Shown: positions 50,401-63,659 of the stretch, piece by piece
Layout of the letters: each line of letters begins with the position of its first letter
How positions within the stretch are numbered: position 1 is the stretch's first letter
Assembly (NCBI RefSeq): GCF_964355755.1
Contig: NC_092673.1
Location: forward strand, 21,449,648-21,513,647
Length of the DNA stretch: 64,000 nt
Direction of reading: 5' to 3'
From: Antedon mediterranea
Lineage: Eukaryota; Animalia; Echinodermata
Made by a program: the position numbers and the translations under genes
The notes under the pieces: generated by a model
Databases searched by the model: none
The model's input: only the letters and a program-made list of their open reading frames with translations
What the model was told of the DNA's origin: nothing

Positions 50401-52178
50401 TGCAATTTAAGCACAAGCTATGAATGCTTTCTTTCAATTGAATTATCATTTATACTACTAGTACTTGGTAATTATGGTGGAATGTTCTCAGACATGTAAA
50501 ACATTATTTAAATCAGTATTTACACAGACACTTTTAAATGTTTTGGATTCAATTGTAGTACAGTATAGTAGTCAATGTGTTTCAGTAAATTGTATCCAAT
50601 ATGTAGTACTGTTTTAGTACTGTATACATACAATTTGTCAAGTATGTACTTGACCTCTGACATGGGTTTGACTCATAGAACATATTATGATCAATTTTAT
50701 TCTGTGACTAATAAGCAATAAATAATAAGCTAATTTCTATGACTAATAACAGAGAGAGAAAACAATATTAAAAGTGTATTAAAATACTGTTTTTTTCATA
50801 TATATGCATGCATACCATGATTGCTTATAAGCTTGTCGTGAGGTATATACCATACCATGTACAGTATTTTAGTGGGCCATACAGTACTGTAGTGGGTCGT
50901 ACAGTACTGTAGTGGGTCGTACAGTACTGTAGTGGGCTGTACAGTACTGTAGTGGGCCGTACAGTACTGTAGAGGGCCGTACAGTACTGTAGTGGGCCGT
51001 ACAACCAAGCCTCATATGTGAAAGCGTTAATTTCCCATCCTGCAAATTGAAAGTTGTCCATTAGAGCACTGAATGTTAGAGAATGAGTCACAATTTTCTA
51101 TGTATTTTATGCAAAGATAATATAAATAAACGGAATTGTTTGCTTGCTGTAGTTACAACAACCAAAACCAAAATTCCTGTAACACTGATATCTTATTGTG
51201 AGATTCATTACTATGTCCTAATTTTCCATTTGTGTATGTTTAATAGGTGTCTACCTCCCTCTTCTGTGGGAGCCTAGTTTTTGTTCGAAAAATCCAATAG
51301 CACTAGCCTACACTAGAGGGCACTTCTCAGCTCTTGTTGCCATGGAGACGGAAACCGATGATAATATCGGAGCCGGTGCTAACTTAGACACTGAGGATGA
51401 TGCTTGGACCGTCTGTCTACCATTGTCTGACAGTGATGGAAAGATACTACCTGTTCATTTCATATCGTCCTTACAAGTATGTGCTTCAAATTAGATTATT
51501 TTAACAGAAATTCTGTATGACAGAGTATTGTCTGTGTACAGTGGTGTACACAGGTGGCAATGCCCATGGTTTAGCACTCCTACGGATAGACTGGGTAGTT
51601 GCATTTAAGCTTCTCAAGCTCTGGAGCCCCTAAACTCTGGGGCCCTGGGTTTAGCTAGTGAGCTCTCATAGCCATCTGTGATTTACCAAAGACTTGGTTT
51701 GATAGTGTAGACAGAGCTAGTTTAACCTTAGAGGGTGGGGTAATACTCAAACATGGGATGATTATACTAGAATTGAATTAATGGATTTACCATAACTTTT
51801 GTATTTAAATTTAGCCTAAATTAGGGGATGGGATTATACTTGGTCATGTACTGTTATGTAAATTGGTTGAATGCCTGTGTCAAATCAATTCAATTCTTTC
51901 AAATTCATTCCACAATTTGTTTTGTTCTACAGTTACCATTAGCCTTTTGCTTACAAATAAAATAAGAATTTTCTATTGATAAAATAAATGCTAATCAAAT
52001 TTTATTTTAGGTTGGAACAGAAGAAAAGCTTCTTCGTGATTGGTTGGACTGTCGCATGACCTGTGGTGGTAGTCTCGTCGCACAACAGACTCAACCTCGC
52101 CGTCTACCTGTAATTGTTGGGCAGATGATTGAAGAATGGTTACAGAAATATCGCCATGCCAACCCACATTGTACTTGA
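47431..52178 (+). CDS. ZRANB1: OTU deubiquitinase TRABID/ZRANB1, ~644 aa
   Basis: Exons 47431-48451, 48774-48845, 49051-49249, 49784-50028, 51247-51476, 52011-52178 (1935 nt). Three NZF fingers (WTCEYCTYMN, WPCRACTFLN, WSCHACTYEN), AnkUBD (DWLFLNACVGVV...TLVHLAIRFQR), OTU catalytic Cys (TAGDCLLDS) and His (YTRGHFSALV). Non-coding exon 1 ends near 46828. Confidence 0.96.
50860..51003 (+). repeat. Minisatellite, 20-bp unit TACAGTACTGTAGTGGGCCG x ~7
   Basis: Direct reading; explains minus ORFs 50796-51008 and 50825-51091. Confidence 0.92.
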
Positions 52179-55100
52179 TGAAACTTAAGAGGGCACTTTC
52201 TTGAAAATGCCATGCTGGCCGTGATGATGCGAATAGTGACTGATCAAATCTAATTAATAACTAAAGAAAAGATCATAAAGTTATTTAGAGATCATGATTT
52301 TTGTGTATTGGTACTCAAAATAGACAAAAGAATTTAATAGAATATTAATTTTTTTTCCACCAATTTCTGTATTGCACAACCACCCTAAACGTGTGAATTG
52401 TGTGAGGATTTTAATATTACAAAATGCATTTATCTGAAACATTTATATTTTGTTTTTAAACATTTTTATACCATTCCCTAAAAAGCGCAAAACAACAACA
52501 AAATATCGGATTTTTTGCAGATGCATCTAGTCTGGCAATTCTTACAATAATTGCTAATTTTGTTTTTATATTAAAGTCAATGCTGTTGTATATGCAACCA
52601 CTGTTAATTTCCAAGCAGTACTGAACAAAATATCATGTTCTCATTTATTTAATCTAAATGTTAAATAACTTTTAAAATATCATATCTTCTAAAAAGGTGT
52701 GTATAGTATTATTATATCTAGGTCAATCATGCTGTAAATAAGAAATCATGATTGATCTATAAATAGATTTGTTTTTAACACATCCAACAAAAAGGTAATT
52801 TCACAAAATATTGAATTTGAATTGTGAAGATTTAATTATCTTAAAGCAGTTTAGGAATGTATATGTTTCATCATTGCTGATTACAAGATAGTATCAACGA
52901 AAAATAATTACCGAAAAAAATTCAATTTCATACACTACAACTATTGTGCTCATAATTTTACCACCTGGTAAAATTAAATCAGTATTTAAATAATTTACTT
53001 ATTATTATTAATACAAAACCTTTCAAAGACTTTTTTGAAGTAAGATGTGTTGATGTTTCTGTCTGGTTGCTTTCTCTTGTCATGGTTATACTTGCTTCAT
53101 ATGACTGTACTGCAAAATGGCAAGAAAATATCTAGATAACTAAAAAACAACCTAAACAATCTCTCTTGGTTATTGTGCATTAATATCTGAGGTTTTAGTT
53201 ATATTTGGTACGTTATTTTGTGATTTTTGCGGTTGTATGGGGTAAGTAAAAGCCATGGATTAGACGACCGTGGTTGTTGCGCTTGTTGCTTGCCTATATA
53301 AGTACTTGTACATCATTTTGTGGGATTTTTCAAAACTTATGTCAGTATTTTTGTTGGTACTTTGAGTTACCATTGCATTTTACAAACATCAAAATATATA
53401 AAATGAAATATTCGTTTTATTTAATGTCTTTTTCTAATACATTTTGTCCATGGGTGGGACATGTGATAATTTGACCTAGTATGTTCAGTATTTTCATGTA
53501 TCAAAGGTATTAATTAAATAACACAGCAAATTTATGTAAACAGTACAAATTTTAGAGAGACGGGACAAAATTGAACTCATTGCAGTTCCATGTTTGTTTC
53601 TGGATTCAAACCAGAACCCTTGTTAGCACAGGAAAGTTGATAATGATTTCATTTAAAGCAATTCTGTTGACCTTTAAGTATGTTTTAAGTTCTGTTATAT
53701 ATTATATATATTAATATTTTATTCAGTTTGTATCTAAGGGTTGTTAAATTGATTTTACAAGTGTGTGTAATTTAAAGAACAAATCTGGAATGGTGCTTCA
53801 GCTATATTTAAGCAGTCTCTATTTGGTTGATTGTTTGTAATGAGTAGCTTATTACATCGTTTTCCACAGTTGAAGGAAGGGGTGTTCGAGCAAACCCCAT
53901 TCGAGCAAACCCTATTTTTCTAGAAATACCCTTTTAAACCGAAAGATCTAAAACGAAAGTGATTGTAAATAAGACTCATGTTATTTGCCACTTTTGTGTA
54001 AAAACGAGCCTGGCAGGATTATGGGAAAACAGGGTGCAAAAATTCCCATTGCCCCCTGACACTCATTAAATGAGAGAGAAACTGGTATTTCTCCTATCCC
54101 ATATTCACATTTATTTATATGATTTTTGAAACAGAAGAGAGTAAGTAGCCTACCATACTTTTTTTGTAATAATTACCATAGTTATCTTGATAAATGAAAG
54201 ATGGTATGATTTCAATTTTATTTTTATTATTAGTTTTATTATTAAAACACTAAAAGGTTTTTCACAACTCATGAAGCAGCGCAATTATATTGTAATTCTA
54301 ATAATGATGAAAATGGTAGAATCCAATATGCGCAATAAAATATAACTGATGGAATATTTAACACCTTAGAAGAATTTATTCAAAAATTCATTTTTTTTTC
54401 ATTTACTAAATTATTATGCATGTTCTCTCTCCCGATAAAGTTAACATGAGGTTTATGGCAGATTAAAACTGTTAAATTTGATAAAAATGTGAATGAATTC
54501 CTAGAATTGATTGAATTCCTAGAATTGATTGAATTATTCCCTTGTTGTCCCTTTACTCCCCTCCTCCTTTTTTAGTATGTCTGCAGTGCTAAATTAAATG
54601 ATTTTTTAAATAGAAAAACGAGTCACTGAAATAACAATAGTATAACATTTTGAATTATAAATGACACATAACATAGTTACATATAAATATTAAAACACTA
54701 TTGTCTTGCAGATTTACTGTATTGTTTTTAAAAAAGTTGATTTAGTTTGAGTAAACGGACACGTGTAGGAACTTGCTAAAGGGGATTGTTAAAATCAGAT
54801 TGGTTTTATATTTACAACTAACCTACACTTATTACTATATTCTAATGGAACCTAATTACAGTTTTATATACAGAGAGTAACTACTGTACCACATACTCAT
54901 GTGTACAGTACAGTATCCATTAAATTGCTAGAATTAAAATCAGACAAGAAAATCTTTTTGTGAAGCAGATCATTTTGTTGGAATTAAAATTCTGTGGTTA
55001 AATATGGTTCGTTAGGTTTAGATAATAAATAGTGTGCATCATGGAATGTGTTTATACTGTATCATAACAATAAATGAAAATGTCCTCCACCCAAGTTTTT

Positions 55101-55509
55101 GTTTTTACATTAAGAATTTAATTTGAATCAAAATATCATAACAGTAATACATTTTTTCAGATTGACTTTAAAGCTGTTCAGTGGCCCACATTTTACTCTG
55201 TTGCTTGCAAGTAACTTTTACATAAATATGTATTGCTCAAGTCAGAACACTAGGCCTATAACACAATACCCTTCAGCCTGCAATTCTATGTTATTTTTTA
55301 AATTTATAAACACTATAAACATTGAATTTTTTGCATAAATTAAAATATTCAGTGAGTGGGTTCACTTTTAACAGATGCTCAATAAAAGGAAGATTAAATT
55401 ATGCTTTGTATGACTATTTGTAAGTTTTATTACAATTTGTATTATTTATGATTAAAAAAAACCAAAGACATTTTGTAATGTCGTCTGCTGCTTTTTGCTC
55501 TTAATTAAC

Positions 55510-55741
55510 ATTTAGCCAATCACAGTTTACGTCAGTTAAATTGTTGCCACGTGATAATTTTCAGCCAATTACGTTCTTTCTTCTTCGAGTTGTTGTCTTG
55601 CAAGTCAATATGGCGCGAGCCAATTTTTAAGAAAATACTGTCAAAACATTAACATTTGTCGATGTAATTAGCGTATCCTTTATATCCTGTGGAGACACAA
55701 TTGTAACAGTTCAATACATAATTTATTGATTAATATTTCAG
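55510..55741 (+). promoter_or_regulatory. C2orf42 promoter and non-coding exon 1
   Basis: Three AGCCAAT boxes (~55514, 55563, 55618), TTACGTCA (~55527), CACGTG (~55548), ATGGCG YY1-like motif (~55609), donor CAG|GTAAGA at 55741. Confidence 0.65.
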
Positions 55742-56321
55742 GTAAGAATTTATGAAAATATGTGTAATTACATTATAATAAAACCCAATACAAACATGTG
55801 GGTCTATCCGCTTTTTTGTGTGATGCGAGGCTAGCTAGGCAAGCAGCAGTCCAGTGCTTAAAAGCAAGTTGTTCCCCGGCGGAATATTCATCCTCGCCGG
55901 TATAGATGTTAACGTGGATAGTTAGCGAAGTCTAGGCCTATAGTAGGTAGATTTTGTGATTTAAATGATTACATTATTAATAGGCTAATGTTATACCTTA
56001 TATATAGGCTTATGATATTATTATCCTATCTGCTATCAATACATTTATGAATCACTCGATTTAAAACAAAAATTTTATTTTTAATACATTATTTCGTATT
56101 AGACATAGGGGGCGCCCTAGCTTTAGTAGTTGCAGATAGCAATAATTTTAGGCCCACATAATAATATAGCAGCATATTCTAAACCTATACTCTAGTCTAG
56201 GCCGACAATAAACAAATAAATAATATGATACGTTCAAATTGTTTACAAATGACGTGCTGATGATTACGATTACCATGTTTGTGGGGTTTTTTTTGTCTTA
56301 GGTGCAGAAACAAGAAGAGTC

Positions 56322-59300
56322 ATGGATAAAAAATCTGACTTGTTCAAAGATTTAGGACGACCTACCTTAAGAGGGGTAAAGAAATGTCCAAACTGTGGTA
56401 CATACAATGGAATAAGAGGATTGAGCTGCAAGAATAAAGCCTGTAATATGACTCTGAAGGGGAGCGGACGTAAGAGTGGACACAGTGCTGATGCGGTTAA
56501 AGTCATTACTGGCTCAACGGTTCAAGTATTTTCTGTTCGTCTACGTGATCGTGGTCCAGACTACAGAGGGTTTGTGCAGTTGCCGTTAAAACAGGAATTA
56601 GCAGGGCAGGCTCATAATCTAGAAGCCTGGAATAACCTAGTTGCACAGAGTGCTCGTTGTTTTGTCGAGACATGTCCTAAGCCTCCTATAATGATAAACC
56701 AGTTGCATACACTGCCTCCTCCATGTCCTCATATACGCTTAGCATTGGACTGTGAAGCCGAGGCTTCACCCCTGACTCTTAAGAACTCAGTTTTAAATGC
56801 ATTACCAGTATCTAACGAAATAAAGCAGGCTATATGGTTGCTGGCGACAGAAACTACTGGCCCACTTGTTCAGCGTGTTACTAAAAACGTAATGGTAGTT
56901 AAATGTAAACCAAATCCTAAGCAGCCTCTTGGTTTCTTACATTTTTCGTTCACCTCATGTACTCATAAAAAGAGCGGAGTCACTGAACATCGATTTCAGT
57001 GCATGTGCAAACCGTTTAAGAACTTCTTTAAGAATTTGGTTGGAGGTGAGGACCAGCGAAGAAGATGCGTACATTTTTATGCGTGTATTTGTGCATTTGC
57101 GAGTGATGATACATTAGCCAAAGAATTTGAATATTATATTCATTTAGATACAACAGGTAAGCAATGCTACAATATTATTTTTAATATTACTGTATTTATT
57201 ATTATATGATATATAAAAAGTATTCATCAAAACGGGATATAAATCACTACTATCATAACTATAATAAACATTGATGTATTGAAAACTATGCACATGCCTA
57301 AAGGCCAATTTACACAGACGAGCAGTAACGGTAAGCGGTAATTGTAAGCGAAAAACTGTGTGGCTTTTCCCATTTACACAGCGCGCGGAGTTCGCGAACG
57401 GAGTGGTGGAAAGTAGGTGCGTGTAGGCCTCCAGGCTAATACATGTTACAGTCACTGCTGGCCTGGATGTGACTGACTGTCAGTAGGCCTAGCACACACA
57501 GACCTGAGTTTTAGAGGGACTTGTTGCCTAATAACGTACTAAAATGTATATTTTCTTTTCACTATCCTTATACGAATTCATTAGTCGCGTCGTATGTGTT
57601 TGTATTTCTGAATAAAAAGAAGTTGCAAACTAGGCTAGGCCTACTACGGCACTCGTATTTATTGTCGTCTTTCACTCGACGGACGCAACAAAAAATTGTT
57701 GATAGATTACGTCATTTCAATCATGTCGTTGGTTGGCCAGAATCCATAATTACCGCGCGGTATTTTCACAAAATCGAATCTGTTTCGATCCTGAGCGGAT
57801 TTCCGCTCATCCGCTCCGCGTTCTGTGTAAATGGTCATAAGAAATAACATAGATTCTATTTTTGCGTTTTCCGCTCAACTTTACCGCTTACCGTTACCGC
57901 TCGTCTGTGTGAATTGGCCTTAATGCATGGAGGTGGCACCTCTAATATTTATATAAACACTATATAAAGCATGTAAAAAAAAAATATTTACTCATTATTA
58001 TATAACTCTGCTTAGATGTTTTTTATGTGTAAAATTTGTTTTGTACTTGTTTAGGGCCAGTAACATCTGAGGAACAAGTGATCCAAACTACAATAGTAAT
58101 AGAGGAGGATACGATGACAACTACAACAGGTGCAAAAAGAAAGAGGAAGGATGACACCCTGGGTAACAATCATTTTATTGTTTTTTTATACTATACAAAA
58201 ACAAAAAGCACAGACAAAAACCAACAAAAGATGTAATCATTAGCATATTACTAGGGAGCAATTTTTGTTTTCGTACATAAGTTGGGGACACCTTACAGTA
58301 TGTGAAACTACTTCCTAAATACTGTACAACTAAACCTAACCCTCTAAATAATCTCTGTCACTATAAAGTAAAAAAAAGTTGGTCATTGGATTCGAACCCC
58401 ATGTTTATTTTGTGACGTTTCATGAGCGGTCCCCAACTTACTGTATATGTACGAAAAGAAATGTCGCTACCAGGGATGTGGTGGGAGCTTGCTTATGTGG
58501 ACAATACAGAAACAACTTGTGGTTCTTTATCCTACATGCCTACCCCTCCCAGCATTTTGGTTCACATTGCTTAACTCCGTAATCTTTTACCTATTTCAAT
58601 TACAGTTCAAGCAAGCAGTGCATTATTAACCCTTCATGATGGAGCTAACACAAATTCAAACGTGAAGCGGACACCCAATAAAAAACCTCCGCCGCAAACC
58701 AGTCCCTCAATGGCTACTGTTGTGAATCTAGAGGGCGCTATTCCTGTTATAACGTTCTTAGATTGGCTTGGAAGCGTTACAGAAAGAATTAATCAAACAA
58801 TGCACTTTCAATTTGATGGTAAGGGTTTATCATGTGACTCACAATTGTCCAATTAAATGACAGGAATCTATTTAGGTGATAAGTGTTATTTGATATACCT
58901 GAATAATATAGAGTATCATGGTGTGACGTCACAATGATAGAGGGCGCTGCATGGTTGCTAGCCAACCAAAAAATGTGTTCAACGCTACTATGTTGATAAA
59001 CTGTAATGATCTGTATTTCCTTTAAATTATGTTATCTTAGCTTGATTTTTTTTAACTTAAACTGTAGTTGAAGAATAAATAAATTATTAAAAACAAATAT
59101 TTAGTGATCTTTTAAAATTTTAGTTTGTTTTTATTGAATATTATTAAGTTTTAAAATGACTACTTCAATAAGCCTATTCCAAACCATTGGTGACGTTGGA
59201 GTCACTCAGGCAGGTTAAACGCATTTTTGGTTGCGCTACGCCACGCACCACCACCTACCATCGTGACGTCAGCACCGTGATACTCTATAGTATTATGAAT

Positions 59301-60859
59301 ATGCACTTTGCAACATATTGTTAATTCATACCTTATACTTCTTTTAATAATTTTTCTACGTATTAAATTTGAAATTTTTAATTTTAAAGGAAATCCAGAA
59401 CCTCTTGTATTTCATGTACCTCAGGTGTTTTTTGACTGCCTTCAACAACGAATATCCGCAGGCAGTAAAAAGCGCCGCCTACCAAACTCAACAACAGCTT
59501 TCATGCGCAAGGACGCACTTCCACTTGGCACATTCTCTAAGTACACTTGGCATATAACTAGTATTCTTCATGTAAAGTCCATCTTTGAAACTGCTGAGGT
59601 AAACAATACAAAGCTTTTATATAATACAATACATTTAATATTCTTTGAAAAATGTTTTCATCTGGTTCTATCTGTATTAACTATCTGTATATAAATTGTT
59701 TACCAGATGAAGACTTGTTGGAAACATTGTTAATTAATTAACTCATAAATTGTTTAACGTAAAGAATTTATTTCCCATGCTATTTGCAAATAACAACCTA
59801 TATACACCAAACTATTACCTTTTTAATTTTGGTACAGTACATTCAGACTCTACCCACAAATAGTTACTTTTCCTGAAATTGCCCCATTTTTAAGATGGTC
59901 TTGTTTCTGTGTTAAATTTTTCTTTTTACAGTCTTTGTTTATGCGTGGGATCTCAAGTAAGCCAAAAAAGGCTTTAAGGCTTTAAAAGAAAGTTAGATTC
60001 AGTCTGACATCCAAGTAGACAACTTTCTCCTCAAAAGATTACATTTATTATATTTGTTTTTCCAGATGCCTCTGGATATTACAAGAAGTTTTGTTCAGGA
60101 TCGTGATGGGAAATATCTCTTACATGTAACACCTAAAATGGATGTGGAAACTATAGCAGAGTCATTCCGTAAAGCAGATGGACAAGTTGCAATTAAACCT
60201 TGCGAATTGAAAACCTACCTTAAAGTTGGTAAGTATAATGCTCTGTCTACACTATCAAATTTTATGTTACAAAAAAAATGTGATGTATAGACATGATGAT
60301 GTCATATCACTACCATATTTGGGCATATCACTACCGTATTTGGACACATCACACATTGAACAATCTAGACACCATACAGGTTTCTTCAAATTCCCATTAG
60401 GCTGGTTCCACCAGACATGGCTGAGTGGAGCATCACATGTTAAGCAACACCCAATCAAAGAGTTAAATAATTGTGCACAACAATGGTCTGACATGTCACC
60501 TAGGCTAGGCCTATTTGAACTAGCATTGCCTGCTAGCCAGGCGCATAGGAGCAAGGCCAAGATGAACATGAACAGTTTGTACTTCTTTGGAAATCATCCA
60601 CATATCTGATGGGAACCGATCTTTGTGAATAAGTTTTTCCATTATATCTTAAATTATTATTGTATAATTTTTTTTATATTGTATTTCAGGTAACACATCG
60701 CCTGACCAAAAGGAACCAACACCATTTGTCATTGAATGGATTCCAGATATTCTACCAAAGTCTAAGATAGGAGAGTTACGAATAAAATTTGAATATGGAC
60801 ACCTTCGTAACGGTCATGTTGAACATAGATTGCCTCTCCCAGTCGAGCAAGTTGTCTAA
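56322..60859 (+). CDS. C2orf42: C2orf42 orthologue (uncharacterised Zn-finger protein), ~565 aa
   Basis: Exons 56322-57156, 58055-58162, 58606-58818, 59390-59598, 60066-60228, 60690-60859 (1698 nt). N-terminus [32 protein letters not shown], internal [14 protein letters not shown], and C-terminal [23 protein letters not shown] match C2orf42 as I recall it. Non-coding exon 1 ends at 55741. Confidence 0.9.
57302..57920. mobile_element. PIF/Harbinger-like MITE
   Basis: TAA|AGGCCAATTTACACAGACGAGCAGTAACGGTAAGCGGTAA ... TTACCGCTTACCGTTACCGCTCGTCTGTGTGAATTGGCCT|TAA. Confidence 0.85.
58254..58471. mobile_element. Short TIR MITE containing AAACCTAACCCT and a minus-strand B-box-like motif
   Basis: GGGAGCAATTTTTGTTTTCGTACATAAGTTGGGGA versus TCCCCAACTTA[CTGTATA]TGTACGAAAAGAAATGTCGCTACC. 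Confidence 0.65.
58909..59287. mobile_element. TIR MITE (TAG...CTA termini) with TGACGTCA in both TIRs
   Basis: TAGAGTATCATGGTGTGACGTCACAATG / CATCGTGACGTCAGCACCGTGATACTCTA. Confidence 0.75.
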
Positions 60860-61251
60860 AAATGTCCAGCAATCCTGTGCGGTAGATTGAATATGTTACT
60901 TGTTGTATTTTGAGACTCTTTAAATGTATCTCAGGTTTTTGTTTGTTTTTTTTATATTGATTTAGATAACAAATGACTTAATTATAGTCGTTGACAATGT
61001 CTGCAATAGCAGACAGTCATTTCATAATGAATTTTAAATAGAATAGATGACATTACCACAAGTGAAGTCTATGTTTCGTCTGGTGTGGCTGAACTTCTTT
61101 ATGAGAAGTACAATACAATTCTGAAGAGAAGTTACAACACAGTTCAGTAACTAAAACATTCAAACTCCATGAATTGAATTTGTATCTATGAGATAAAGAA
61201 GTTGATGATAATTCATTTTGAAAAAAAAAAAATAATTTAATTCATTTGTAG

Positions 61252-61442
61252 TGAGGCTGTAGCTTGGTGATTAACATGCTTGCCTTCCAATCCCAGGGTC
61301 TGGAGTTCAATCCTGTTCTAATGCTAGGGTTGTAACTCACGACTCTTTCAACTCCCTAAGCCTCAAATGAGACTTTATAATAAGCACAATGAATTATAAA
61401 ATAGTTTATTCATCCTGTAATTTGCTGTTGGATGCATATGAA
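61252..61442 (+). mobile_element. tRNA-derived SINE
   Basis: A-box-like TAGCTTGGTGATT and B-box GGAGTTCAATCC. The tail CTGTTGGATGCATATGAA is also seen at ~17930-17953, followed by poly(A). Confidence 0.6.
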
Positions 61443-62792
61443 ACTAGAAAGCCACTCCGAGAGTGCATACCTCCGCCTATTGTAAAATTCTCCTACATAA
61501 GATTTCTCCGGTAAAAAAAAAATATATATGTATTTGTGTGTGTCTTAATGCTGTTTGTGATTTAGGCTAATTTCATTACAAGCATTTGTATGCGCGAGTT
61601 TTGTGTAATGGTTATGTAACAAGCCTTTCAATTAACAATAGCTTCAGTCGACTAACAATAGAACAGCAACGCGAAAATCAAACGAGTGAATTTGAAAAGA
61701 AATAGGTTTTTTAAACTACTCGCATTAAAAAACGTGCACTTTAAATCAAATTATGTTTTAAAATTACAAATCGCAAATTATAACTCTTGCCTCATGTTAA
61801 AAAATGAAGTTTTTTGGACAAGTAGTTCTCGAGAAAATGCAATTTCAGTTTACTTGTTACTTTAAGACTGCTCGCCGGCTTTTGAAAAATTCTGTCCTAT
61901 CTTTTAACACTAGCAGGTCTAAAAAAGTATACTAAAAAGTGGTCCAGAATTGGGACTGTGGTCCCAAATGGTCCCATAATTTAATGGAATGGTCCTTGAC
62001 CACATATCTATATGTCTATTCATTTTGGTAAAGATCTTGTAATTACTTTTTGAGTAATCCTGCTAACAAACAAACTAGCCTTCGCGCATAGCGCGATACT
62101 TGGCCAAATAAAAATTGGCCTCCTGACATTGACCCAATTTTCACCAAAAGTGTATGTCTTATGCTGTGTGATTTAGGCTAATTTCACTACTATCATGTGT
62201 ATACGAGTTTGGTGTACAGGTTATGTAACCAGCCTTTCAACGAACAATAGCTTTAGTCGGCTAACAATAGAACAGCACGCGGAAAAAACACACGGGTGAA
62301 TTTGAAAAGAAATAGGTTTTGTAAACTACTCGCATCAAAAAACCTGTACATTAAATCTAATTATGTTTTAAAATTACAAATCACAAATTATAACACTTGC
62401 CTCTTGTACAAAAATGAAGTTTTTTGGACAAGTAGTTCTCGAGAAAATGCAATTTTAGTTTACTTGTTAATTTAAGACTGCTCACCGGATTTTGATAATT
62501 CTGTCCAATCTTTTAACACTAGCAGGTCTGAACACAATTTTTAAAAGTGGTCCAGAATTGGGACCGTGGTCCAGATTTTAACCAAAATTTGGCAGTGTCG
62601 TCCTTGCACCAGGTGACATGTATGGTAGTAATTTGGAGTCATTCGAACCAAAACTGTGAGCGCTAGAGTGATGACAAACAAACAAACAAACCAACAAACA
62701 AACACACACACAAACCAAACAGATCAACATACTTGGCCAATTTTCAATTTGGCCAAGTAACAAACACACGCTACCAATTCCTTGGCGGAGGT
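61443..62792. mobile_element. Helentron-associated (HINE/DINE-1-like) non-autonomous element with a related element nested inside (62074-62758)
   Basis: Outer: ACTAGAAAGCCACTCCGAGAGTGCATACCTCCGCC ... CTTGGCGGAGGT. Inner: ACTAGCCTTCGCGCATAGCGCGATACTTGGCCAA ... (ACAA)n ... ACTTGGCCAA-TTTTCAAT-TTGGCCAAGT hairpin. Internal ~430 bp are duplicated (~61540-61965 vs ~62152-62573). Confidence 0.65.
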
Positions 62793-63659
62793 AAATAAAT
62801 AAAATTTAAGTAATTTGATTATTATACTTTATGAGATATTATTACATAAATATAAAATGTATTGTTTGATTTAGTGTGCTATAAGTAATACGTTTAAAGA
62901 CCTTTTAATTAAAATTAGGACAGAAAGGTGCCCCAAAATGGCAATGGTAACCAAACCAAACCCTACTAATTTACATTGTTGATCCTACAACTTTTTGTGA
63001 TAAAACAATTATTGAAAGTGTATGAAGATTTTTCTTCTCTTGTTGAGTTATTTTGTACATTATATGGAGGTAATAAGCCCTCACTAATTTGGTTAATTTG
63101 CATGTGGCCATAGAATATAAAATGCATAAATATGTTTAAGATAAGATGAGTTTTATTGATCCTCAAAAAGGAAATTCATTCGTAAATTTAAAAAAAAATT
63201 GATTTTTGTGTTGGTCAAATGTGTTGACACTGAACAATATCTAAGAGGTATTTAAATAATCTAATAAACTAATTTACTATCAATTTCTATCAAATTATAA
63301 ACAAAAAATTTTCTTTTTTCTTTTAAAAATAAAAACGTCAATGCTGCCCTTTTGGTAAAAATTAATATCATTTAAAGTGTATATTTAGTTTTGTATATTT
63401 CAATTTTATATAGTAAATATTTATTGTACATAATCCTGTATGTATATACTTGTAAGATGTTCATGTTATAAATAGGGCATTACTGGAATTAGACATAAAT
63501 ATGTTTTCTCCATGTAATGAGATAGAATACGGTGTCATCATATCTTAACTGTAGCTAGTGGATTTTCAATTAAAAGAATCTTACTCATCTCATCAATCTT
63601 TCTTTTGTTCAATAAAATATTACAATAGATCGTTGATATTGACAAAAATATTATACTCA

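Noticed and set aside
50796-51091. Minus-strand repetitive ORFs (YGPLQYCT)
   Set aside because: Artefact of the 20-bp minisatellite in a ZRANB1 intron.
61252-61325. Possible tRNA gene
   Set aside because: A/B boxes are present but there is no convincing cloverleaf or acceptor stem, and it continues into a repeated tail; better explained as a SINE head.
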